Of a DNA stretch of 64,000 nucleotides, positions 1 to 13,158 are shown one piece after another. The notes under the pieces were generated by a model. That model saw only the letters and a program-made list of their open reading frames with translations. It ran no database searches and had not been told where the DNA came from. Origin of the DNA: Guillardia theta CCMP2712 (lineage: Eukaryota > Protista > Cryptophyta); assembly GCF_000315625.1 (NCBI RefSeq), contig NW_005434628.1:32495-96494 (forward strand), read 5' to 3'. Both the position numbers and the translations under genes were made by a program. Position 1 is the stretch's first letter, and each line of letters opens with the position of its first letter.

Positions 1-1645
1 GGAGGCAGCCGACTGACCACTGTCAGTCGAGACTTCCGCAGCCGCCACAAAGCGGGCGGCCGCGGATGGAGAAAGTCCGATTTACTGGCAGAAGGTAAAA
101 AGTGCCTCAAGCAAAACAAAACAGGAACAAGCTAAACCTCCAGGCACACAGCGCACAGCGAGAAGCTGCACAAACACACACAAAACACAAGCCCGAAAAG
201 AACCAGCACTGCTGGCACCCAGATGCGGCACCGCCAGCCCAAGCGCGAAGCCGCGCAGACGGGAGTCAAGCAGCCGAAGGGTCAGGCAATCAAGCAACAA
301 GAGGTAGTGGATTTACTGGCAGAAGCAACAAGCAGCAGGAGCATGCAGGAGGAATAAAATCCCTTAGACGCGATACCCGGAGGCAGCCGACTGACCACTG
401 TCAGTCGAGACGTCCGCTGCCGCCACCTGCGACCTAACGGTAAGGGCATCCGCCGACACGGGAACACGGTACCGCTCGAGGTAGTCCTCCTCGCTAGCCT
501 CCGAGTCAGCGGTAGCCGAGACCAACACTTTTGGTCTTGTTTTGTAGTGTGTGTTTGTGCAGCTTCTCGTCGCTGTGCGCTGTGTGCATGCAGGTTTCGC
601 TTGTTCCTGCTTTGTTCTGCTTGAGGCACTTTTTACCTTCTGCGAGTGAAACTTCGGTACTTCCACCGCCGCCGCAAAGCTGGCGCCGACAAGGAGCCGG
701 CGCCGCGCTGCCCGGGGGTCGGCCGCCGGGGGCAGCGGACGGAGGGAGGCTGGACACAGAAGCACGGTACCGCCCAGCCAGTAAATCCTTAACCGCTCCG
801 AGGTAGTCCTCCTCGTACTGGCAGAAGGTAAAAAGTGCCTCAAGCAAAACAAAGCAGGAACAGGAATTTACTGGCAGAATCGTGGATTTACTGGCAGAGG
901 GTAAAAAGTGCCTCAAGCAGAACAAAGCAGGAACAAGCTAAACCTCAGAAGGTAAAAAGTGCCTCAAGCAGGAACAAGCTAAACCTGCTTGCACACAGCG
1001 CACAGCGAGAAGCTGCACAATCACACACAAAACAGAACCAGGACTGCTACCGCCAGTCCAAGCGCGAAGCCGCGGCCTGAGACAAGCTTTAAATCCTATA
1101 TCAAGCAGCCTAAGGGTCAAGCAATCAAGCAACAAGCAGCAGGAGCATGCAGGAGGAATAAAATCCCTTAGACGCAATACCCGGAGGCAGCCGACTGACC
1201 ACCAGTCAGCGTGCCAGTGAGTGGATTTAAGTTACTGGCAGAGTCGAGACGTCCGCTGCCGCCACCGTATCATGTGAAAGCTGGCGGCCGCGGACGGAGA
1301 AAGGGCAGCCGCCGACAAGGAGCCGGCGTTGCCCGGGGGTCCGCCTGGGGCAGCGAACGGAGCCGGGGAGGCTGGACACAGGAGCACGGTACCGCTCGAG
1401 GTAGTCCTCCTCGCTAGCCTCCGAGTCACCGCGGCGGTAGCCGAAACCAACACCGCCCGTGACGGCGGCGACGCCCGGCACTGCCGCAGCAATGCCCAAG
1501 GACCGGCGTGACCCGACCGATGCCGGGGAGGAGCGCCGGGCAGGCCGGGCGAGCTCGTAGGAGGGGTAACAAGCAACGACGGACGGTACTCTGCATCCTG
1601 ACAGCCTTCGCTTCATCTGGATAGGACGGATTTACTGGCAGATTT
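1..1645. repeat. Mosaic repeat block (left arm of a fold-back-like structure)
   Basis: Shuffled ~50-150 bp modules recur in both orientations, e.g. GATTTACTGGCAGAAGGTAAAAAGTGCCTCAAGC, GCACACAGCGCACAGCGAGAAGCTGCACAA and CCCTTAGACGCGATACCCGGAGGCAGCCGACTGACCAC. Reverse complements lie at 4075-5015. Confidence 0.85.
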
Positions 1646-1819
1646 ACTTCATCTGGTATGTGGCGGACATCATCGCTCAGCACTCGATGCCTCTTGCCTC
1701 CGATGCCTCTTGCCTCCGATTCGGAGCCTCCGATGCGGCGTTTGGTCGGCACTTCGTTCCTGATGATGGACCTGCTGCTGAGATCTTGGCTCGCAAACGC
1801 GCCGCCACCTATCAGCGCC

Positions 1820-2653
1820 TCACCATGCAGCGGACGCTGGAGGCGCTCCTGCCGCGAGTCCATGGCCATGGTCTCGAGTGGAAAACATCTTCAAGTTTTT
1901 CTTCAGCCAGATTTTCTTCATGACCCTCGTCTTACAGATTAGCTTCGCAGAAACTGCAACCCTCTTCAATCTTTTCACGTGTGAATGATACGCGATGTAG
2001 GACCTCATAGGCATTCTGGATGCATGCACTCCAGTACATGCTTCATTGACATTCGGCGCGTATGCTCGGGCAACATATTTCAATTTCTTTTCAAATTTTT
2101 CGTCGGTAGGGATTTTTGTTTCAATGCACTTCTTGACGTTCTCATTCTGCATTAGGCCAAGGATAACTTTGTCAATCAACAAAGGGTTCATCCTTGGCGA
2201 CACATTTGACTCTTCTCGTGGCCGCAAGCAATTTCCAAGACGTTTCCATAGCTCTTCATGCGGTAGATCTTTCACTCCATGAATGATCGCTACCATCTGC
2301 AACACCTTCAACAAAACTGGGACCATGTATTCATTATATGCAATTTCCAACGCTTCTTGCGCCTCCGGGTCTTCGACATAGTCAAAATTGATGGGGTTCT
2401 CGTGGTGAGGCTTTGAAATTTTCGATTGAATGTCTTGCCAAAACTGATCAAACGTCTTGCAGGGAGGCGCGATTGGCCAATCGGTCAGATTTTCGCCCAC
2501 GCTATTCAAAAATTTGCCAATGTGCGGCTGCCCAGGACACTTCGAATCCTTAGTGTAAACGAAATTTCTCACTGCAGCATGTTGTTCTATGCAGCGCAAA
2601 GCATTTCCTTGTATGAGCACCCTCTTCGCTCGTTCGGCATCATCATGAGACAA
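1820..2653 (-). CDS. Hypothetical protein inside the repeat block (possibly element-encoded or a pseudogene)
   Basis: 277-codon uninterrupted ORF with protein-like composition. The frame stays open upstream through the 30-bp repeat (QPDSSELPSS units) to ~2917 without an ATG. No family recognised. Confidence 0.4.
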   Translation of the reverse strand: MSHDDAERAKRVLIQGNALRCIEQHAAVRNFVYTKDSKCPGQPHIGKFLNSVGENLTDWPIAPPCKTFDQFWQDIQSKISKPHHENPINFDYVEDPEAQEALEIAYNEYMVPVLLKVLQMVAIIHGVKDLPHEELWKRLGNCLRPREESNVSPRMNPLLIDKVILGLMQNENVKKCIETKIPTDEKFEKKLKYVARAYAPNVNEACTGVHASRMPMRSYIAYHSHVKRLKRVAVSAKLICKTRVMKKIWLKKNLKMFSTRDHGHGLAAGAPPASAAW

Positions 2654-2681
2654 TTCAGGTTGAGGTTGAGCAGTTGAGAGC

Positions 2682-2812
2682 TCAGGCTGAGAGCTTGGGA
2701 GCTCACTCGAGTCAGGCTGAGAGCTTGGGAGCTCACTCGAGTCAGGCTGAGAGCTTGGGTGCTCACTCGAGTCAGGCTGAGAGCTTGGGTGCTCACTCGA
2801 GTCAGGCTGAGA
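2682..2812. repeat. 30-bp tandem repeat, ~4.3 copies
   Basis: Unit TCAGGCTGAGAGCTTGGG(A/T)GCTCACTCGAG. Confidence 0.95.
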
Positions 2813-3679
2813 TGCTTGCCAGGCGGCCGGCGCGGCAGTGACGGCGGCGGCGGCGGTGCTCAGGCTCAGAGCTTGAGAGCTCAGGCTGAGAACAAGGGAT
2901 ATTAAGAATCCGACTCTCTACCATCATCACCCCAATCTGATGCCTTGTTGCGCTTCAAAACTCGTTTGACTTGTTGTTTCGCACATTTTCTTTGCTTCCT
3001 TGCCACTGGTCGCACTGTCGGAGAGATTGGTATCTTCTTGGAGGGGTCTTGATGAGGAATAATCTTGCTATGCATGTTCAACCTCTATCTCAAAGTTTCA
3101 AATCAGAACACAAGTTTTCTTCCAGAATCTGTACTAGTGCGTGGACGATCCCAGCCCGCGCAAATTCAAATCCCCAGCTTTTTCAAATAAGTGTCCACGT
3201 ACCGGTGGTTTGATACACGACTAGGGGGTAGGGTTTGTTCCCCACCTACCCCGGTGGCCATAACCTCACAACAGGACCGGTGCATAGTCAAACAAGGTAC
3301 TGTATCAATTGTTTACAGTACAAATATGTATAAACTTTGTACATATATATACATTTAAAATAAAATAATACGAAGTATGGTACAAATATGCCTAACTATG
3401 GTACAAAAAAACTGTACCTTTTATTTGAACAAAAATACAAGCATTAAAAACAAATTCAACGACCGCTCTGAAACCAATCTACCACCTCTACCCCCCCCAA
3501 ATCCAGTGATAATGACGGGTCATTACCTATCAACCGGTACTAAGACCCAGAGAACTGAGAAAAGCCACTTTTCCTTTGTTTTTCCTGGTCAAAAACCTAC
3601 AGAATGTGCCACGGTCTGGTCACCGGCGGCGACTGAGTTCCGCGACTGAGTCCCCGCGCATGAGGCTGACGCCCTTGCG

Positions 3680-5015
3680 GGTCAAGCACTGTGACACCAC
3701 AAAACACAAGCCCGAAAAGATCCAGCACTGCTGGCAACGCCTCAAGCAGACTCGCCAAAGCAGGAACAAGCGAGACCTGCATGCACACAGCGCACAGCGA
3801 GAAGCTGCACAAACACACTGGCACAACAAAACAAGACCAAAAGTAACCAGTAGTCAGACGGATTTACTGGCAGAAGGTAACCCCACAGCAGACCCGGCAC
3901 CGCCAGCCCACGCGCGAAGCCGCGCAGACAAGCAGGAAGGGTCAAGCAACAGTCGATACGAGGGGACGTCCGAGATGAAACCCCCTTAGACGCGATACCC
4001 GGAGGCATCCGACTAACCACTGTCCCGGATCAGTCGAGCCAAACCTCAGGCTAGCGACTGTTGTTTGGCCCTCCCTGCTTTGTTTTGCTTGAGGCACTTT
4101 TTACCTTCTGCCAGTAAATCCAAAATTAAGCCAGTAAATCCGTTCCCTGCTTGTCTGCGCGGCTTCGCGCGTAGGCTGGCGGTGCCGGGTCTGAGGACAG
4201 TTGCTGGTTACTTTTGGTCTTGCTTTGTTGTGCAGCTTCTCGCTGTGCGCTGTGTGCATGCAGGTTTCGCTTGTTCCTGCTTTGTTCTGCTTGAGGCACT
4301 TTTTACCTTCTGCGAGTTAAAACTTCGGTAGTCCACCGCCGCCGCAAGCGGCTGGCGGCCGCGGACGGAGAAAGCCCGGGGGTCGGCCGCCGGGGGCAGC
4401 GGATAGAGGGAGGCTGGGCACAGGAGCACGGTACCGCTCGAGGTGACGCATCCAGTCCTCACTAGCCTCCGGCGAGTCAGCGGTAGCGGTAGCCTGCCCG
4501 AGACCAACACTACCCGTGCGCTGATAGGCATCCGACTGACCACTTTCTCCGTCCGCGACCGCCAGCGGAGGCTTTGCGGCGGCGGCAGCCTCCCTCCGTC
4601 CGCTGCCCCAGGCGGACCCCCGGGCAACGCCGGCTCCTTGTCGGCGGCTGCCCTTTCTCCGTCCGCGGCCACCAGCTTTGTGGCGGCTGCGGAAGTCTCG
4701 ACTGACAGTGGTCAGTCGGCTGCCTCCGGGTATCGCGTCTAAGGGATTTTATTCCTCCTGCATGCTCCTGCTGCTTGTTGCTTGATTGCTTGACCCTTAG
4801 GCTGCTTGCCAGTGTCTGCGCGCCGGAGGCTTCGCCGCCCGGCGCTTGGGCTGGCGGTGCCGGGTCTGCTGACGGTTGCCAGCAGTGCTGGTTCTTTTCG
4901 GGCTTGTGTTTTGTGTGTGTTTGTGCAGCTTCTCGCTGTGCGCTGTGTGCCTGGAGGTTTAGCTTGTTCCTGCTTTGTTTTGCTTGAGGCACTTTTTACC
5001 TTCTGCCAGTAAATC
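3680..5015. repeat. Mosaic repeat block (right arm, largely inverted relative to 1-1645)
   Basis: 4674-4807 is the reverse complement of 1-53 plus ~1102-1200, and 4877-5015 is the reverse complement of ~78-215. Confidence 0.85.
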
Positions 5016-5248
5016 CTATATCTCTTCTAGAGCAGCCGCCGACAAGGGCGCTGCCTGACATGAAGTCGTGTGGGGACCTCCGGCGAAGACTCCTCGGGCG
5101 ACTCTACAAAGTCCGAGGAGGAGCTGTCCTCTGCGGCTCGAGAAGTGCTTGCGCCCGCAAAGGCGTCATGCGGCTCCTTGCACCAGACAGGGGGGCTTCC
5201 AGCGTCAGCTGCATGACACGGTGAAAACACGAATTATCAGGTATACAT

Positions 5249-5950
5249 NNNNNNNNNNNNNNNNNNNNNNNNNNNNNNNNNNNNNNNNNNNNNNNNNNNN
5301 NNNNNNNNNNNNNNNNNNNNNNNNNNNNNNNNNNNNNNNNNNNNNNNNNNNNNNNNNNNNNNNNNNNNNNNNNNNNNNNNNNNNNNNNNNNNNNNNNNNN
5401 NNNNNNNNNNNNNNNNNNNNNNNNNNNNNNNNNNNNNNNNNNNNNNNNNNNNNNNNNNNNNNNNNNNNNNNNNNNNNNNNNNNNNNNNNNNNNNNNNNNN
5501 NNNNNNNNNNNNNNNNNNNNNNNNNNNNNNNNNNNNNNNNNNNNNNNNNNNNNNNNNNNNNNNNNNNNNNNNNNNNNNNNNNNNNNNNNNNNNNNNNNNN
5601 NNNNNNNNNNNNNNNNNNNNNNNNNNNNNNNNNNNNNNNNNNNNNNNNNNNNNNNNNNNNNNNNNNNNNNNNNNNNNNNNNNNNNNNNNNNNNNNNNNNN
5701 NNNNNNNNNNNNNNNNNNNNNNNNNNNNNNNNNNNNNNNNNNNNNNNNNNNNNNNNNNNNNNNNNNNNNNNNNNNNNNNNNNNNNNNNNNNNNNNNNNNN
5801 NNNNNNNNNNNNNNNNNNNNNNNNNNNNNNNNNNNNNNNNNNNNNNNNNNNNNNNNNNNNNNNNNNNNNNNNNNNNNNNNNNNNNNNNNNNNNNNNNNNN
5901 NNNNNNNNNNNNNNNNNNNNNNNNNNNNNNNNNNNNNNNNNNNNNNNNNN
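5249..5950. other. Assembly gap (N run)
   Basis: Run of N. Confidence 1.
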
Positions 5951-6122
5951 ATGCTAGGATGTGAGACCCAAGCATCCAGACATGAGAGGACCTTAGCAAG
6001 ACGGCTAGGAAAGACCCCCTCTTCGTCCCATACGCTACATTGGCCGCCTGCCACGTAAGTCGTCTTGGTTTACAGGAGAGTTTTTGTTAACTCGGCGCTA
6101 TCTGACTGGCACGGCTGGCATA
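5951..6122. mobile_element. Partial copy of the TG..CA TIR element family (cut by the gap)
   Basis: Reverse complement of 7176-7303 and of 11932-12087. Confidence 0.75.
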
Positions 6123-6195
6123 CGTTCCATCCTCCCCCCGAGTTTCTGAAATAGTACGTTACATCGGACGTCAGAAAGTCACGCAAACAAGAATG

Positions 6196-6952
6196 TCAGC
6201 AGATCCAAGTCAAGATACGACGATACAACGTCAAGTTCACAGTCATGCTGAGTGGGCAATAACCATTCAAGGATTGTCCATTCTGAAGAAGATTTTCATG
6301 CAGGGCTATTAGATGTGCAGTAAAGAGATAAGGGAGATGCATAGCGAGCTGATGCAATGACGAGAGAAGGAGGATAAGATAAGAGAGTCTGAGGAGAGAA
6401 CTTCGGAGTTCAGATAACAGAGAGAGAGAGAGAGAGAGAGCGTGCCCGCCGGCATTTGAAGACCAAAAGATAAATTTTGAACCGTAAAGAACTTGTGACC
6501 AGAGATTGCTGCCGCGAGATTGGAACATCCGTTTCAAGGCATCTGAAGATTGTTGTGCAGTAGTACCTTGTTCGCCGATCCAGAAGTAGCTCCAGTTATG
6601 CATGCCACAGCCTAGCTCCATGACATGAAACTTCCGCCAGATCTCCTGGTAGTTCCATTTGATCCTACTCAAAGATCAAGAAAAATAAGAATCGAATCAG
6701 CTTCAAGTGCGTTTCCGACACACGGTTAAGCAGATATTCGACCGACCAATCTGGCTGGGGAAGGCTTGTTTTTCCTATTCGAAGATCAATCAAACAAATT
6801 GAGGCTGAGATGAGAGGCCTAAACAACTTGCGGCTAGAGAGAGAGCCTGATTGAAGAGAGGAGTCATCCGAATTTGTAAGGCTTGAATTGCATGAATTTT
6901 CGACAGTAACGAAACGATACCAAGAAAGAAAAAACTCCAGTAAACAATTCAA
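6196..6952 (-). pseudogene. Possible decayed ORF between TIR-element copies
   Basis: Two abutting ORFs (95 and 158 aa) in different frames with no obvious introns. No motif recognised. Confidence 0.2.
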
Positions 6953-7005
6953 CTAACCAAATATAAGATCAACATGATTAGCGCCGGCTCCCAGGCTTGT
7001 CCGAT

Positions 7006-7410
7006 TGACGGAATACAAGTTTGTTAGACTTGTACTAGTCCAAAGTCACGCAGACATCACATCGACCTTCGTTGTAACAAGACAGTTTTTGCTCAAGACC
7101 GAGTTTAATGCACACAAAACCAGAATTGAGGAGCACATGAGAGATAGACTGTATGCTAGGATGTGAGACCCAAGCAAAACTCTCCTGTAAACCAAGACGA
7201 CTGACGTGTTTCAAGGCCGGGCTGTGTTGACGAAGAGGGGGCTTTCCTAGCCGTCTTGCTAAGGTCCTCTCATGTCTGGATGCTTGGGTTCACATCCTAG
7301 CATACAGTCTATCTCTCATGTGCTCCTCAATTCTGGTTTCGTGTGCATTAAACTCGGTCTTGAGCAAAAACTGTCTTGTTACAACTAAGTAAGGTCGATG
7401 TATTCCGTTA
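7006..7410. mobile_element. MITE-like TIR element, near-palindromic copy
   Basis: Ends TGACGGAATA ... TATTCCGTTA. 7071-7176 is a near-perfect inverted repeat of 7281-7385. Confidence 0.75.
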
Positions 7411-8010
7411 CCGGGCCCTGCCGCCGCGCGCTTGTCTGCGCGGCTTCGCGCGTGGGCTGGCGCGTGCCGGGTCTGCTGACCGTGACACTGCCCGCCCAGT
7501 GTCACGGTTCAACACGACGGTTCAACGGCCCCGGGCCCGTTTGTGCAGTTTCTCGGCGCTGTGGCGCTCACCGTGGCACGGTGTGCTTACCGTACGACGT
7601 CGGGTGCGCTATCCCGGCGCCGGCCGGGTCCGATCCGGGCCCGGGGTATGCGGCGCCGCCGGGCGCGGCCGGGCCCGGGCCGCGGCCATGACTCCCAGTA
7701 CCGGCGGTCCCGGGGCTGAGGCTCCCGACTCGCCGCCGAGTCGAGCCTCACTGAGTGTTCCGTGGCAACCCGGTCAGTGACCGGTCACCGTCACGGCCGG
7801 GCCCGGGGTTCCGAGTCATCCCTCTTGCCAGTGTCCTCGTACTGATTTTAACTTAACTTTGAGCCACGGTGAAAGGCTGAAGCGCAACTGAAGGCTGCGT
7901 CGGCACACTGAGGGCCCGGCGGGCCCGGGCGGGGCAGCCCGGCGCGACTGTTCCCGGTGCCCGAGAGTTTTAGAAATTTTTAAAGTAGGAGGCCCTTTAA
8001 AAATCGTTTT
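7410..8010. promoter_or_regulatory. GC-rich palindrome island plus TTTnAAA boxes upstream of the fadH-like gene
   Basis: Many CCGGGCCCGG/TCAGTGA/CCGAGT motifs, then TTTTAGAAATTTTTAAAG..TTTAAAA. Shares a ~32-bp motif with 47090-47122. Regulatory role is inferred from position. Confidence 0.4.
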
Positions 8011-8064
8011 ATCTTATCCTCCAGTCGCTATGCGCTCACAAGAGACGCAAAACTCTAGTAGAGA

Positions 8065-8443
8065 AGAGGAGAGGAGAAGAAGGGAGGAGAGCAGAAGAAG
8101 GGAGGAGAGGAGAAGAAGGGAGGAGAGGAGAAGAAGGGAGGAGAGCAGAAGAAGGGAGGAGAGCAGAAGAAGGGAGGAGAGCAGAAGAAGGGAGGAGAGG
8201 AGAAGAAGGGAGGAGAGGAGAAGAAGGGAGGAGAGGAGAAGAAGGGAGGAGAGCAGAAGAAGGGAGGAGAGCAGAAGAAGGGAGGAGAGCAGAAGAAGGG
8301 AGGAGAGGAGAAGAAGGGAGGAGAGCAGAAGAAGGGAGGAGAGCAGAAGAAGGGAGGAGAGGAGAAGAAGGGAGGAGAGGAGAGGAAGGGAGGAGAGGAG
8401 AAGAAGGGAGGAGAGCAGAAGAAGGGAGGAGAGGAGAAGAAGG
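8065..8443. repeat. 18-bp purine-rich minisatellite, ~21 copies
   Basis: Unit GGAGGAGAG(C/G)AGAAGAAG. Confidence 0.95.
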
Positions 8444-8506
8444 CAGGAGACAAGAGGGGAGGAGATAGTTAATTTCGCTTGAATTGTCAGCAACATTTTA
8501 TCTTGA

Positions 8507-11802
<3,296 letters not shown>

Positions 11803-11931
11803 ACGCCGGGATGATTGACATGCGGCATCAGTGATGTCGAAAGGCTCCCACTGTCACACAAAGATAGGGCCTAGCCTAATAACACGTGACTTCAAAATAG
11901 TTGAAACCAAGACATATTGATCGGACGGATC

Positions 11932-12196
11932 GCATGCCAGCCGTGCCAGTCAGATAGCGCCGAGTTAACAAAACTCTCCTGTAAACCAAGACGACCCTGA
12001 CGTGTTTCGAGGCGGCAATGTAGCTTCCTAGCCGTCTTGCTAAGGTCCTCTCATGCCTGGATGCTTGGGTTTCACATCCTACTAGCATACAGTCTATCCG
12101 AGGCTCTTGTCTTGTTGCACTGCGGCAGCTGAGGTCGATATGATGTCTGCATTACTTTGGCGTAGTACAAGTCTAACAAACTTGTGCTCCGTCACA
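11932..12196. mobile_element. Partial copy of the TG..CA TIR element family
   Basis: Ends ...CAAACTTGTGCTCCGTCACA. Internal sequence is shared with 7176-7311 and 36290-36481. Confidence 0.75.
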
Positions 12197-12733
12197 TATG
12201 CCAGTACCGCTGAGCCGCAAACTTGATTTTGCAGTGCAGGCAGGCGGGCCGCATTGCCAGCGGCTCCGGTCCGGCCCGGCCCGCCCCCCCGCCGGGCAAG
12301 TTGACTCTATCCGAGCGAGGCTCTGCAGTATAGAGCGTGTGGGGGGTGGTCATATACGAGTTCTAGTCGGGTAGAGTGGGTGGGGTCATCGAATACCGAA
12401 GAGGCATGGCAGGGTTGGTTAAACATGTTGCAGAGAAAAAGGAAGGAAGGGAAGGGAGAGAGAGGAGAGGGAAGGGAAGGGGGAATGGAAAGGAAAGAGA
12501 GAAAAGGGAAACGAGGGTCATGGCAAGAAGTACATGCGGGAGTAGCGACATACTGATTGTGTTCAATGGATGATGGTTGCAGCGTGGAACAGAGCAGTGA
12601 CAGGGAGGGGACGGAAAGGGGAGACGGTTGGGAAAGTGAAAAGGAACTGGAAGTTTCAGAACAGAAGTGATTAAAGAAAGATGACTCTCCTGGATCGATT
12701 ACCTCTCCTTTTCTGACAACGTGCTTCTCACAG

Positions 12734-13112
12734 ATGATTTGGACTAAATTGTTGCGGACAATGCTCCCCGTGAACGCGCCATTGTCAGACAACGCTATGA
12801 TGACGCAAGAAGATGTAAGATGATCTCCCTGCAGTCGATGCGTCTTCATTGACTTGTTTCTTGGCTCTCAATACTGACTTGGGTGGACGTAGACGAGGGT
12901 GAGTTTTGTCATTGTCGCAGCTTTGTGAGGTTGACTTGTCGTATTTCAGATGCAGGAGGTCTGCACAGGCTCCACCTGCGTCCACGCGCTCAACGTTGAG
13001 GTTCGCGTTTGGCTGTGATGAGCAGAGGGGGTTAACGGGGCTGCAGATCATTCCTCCCAAGAGTCAGCAGGAGCCAGAGGAAGCTCACGCGTCGCGACAT
13101 TCCTTTCATTAG
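12734..13112 (+). CDS. Small hypothetical spliced ORF
   Basis: Three GT-AG introns (~12815-12892, 12899-12949, 13001-13046) join into one frame, MIWTKLLRTM...HASRHSFH*. No homology recognised. Confidence 0.25.
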
Positions 13113-13158
13113 GGTTGAGCATAAACTCGTTTAGCCTCATGGGGTTCCAATGGACTCG

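Noticed and set aside
2682-2812. CRISPR-like 30-bp repeats (also the 29-bp array at 15027-15363)
   Set aside because: Head-to-tail tandem repeats without unique spacers, no cas genes, eukaryotic context.
5068-6054. Long ORFs of 264-316 aa
   Set aside because: Artefacts of translating the N gap.
8014-8482. Poly-(REERRR) and poly-(LLLLSS) ORFs
   Set aside because: Translations of the 18-bp minisatellite, with no evidence of joining to fadH.
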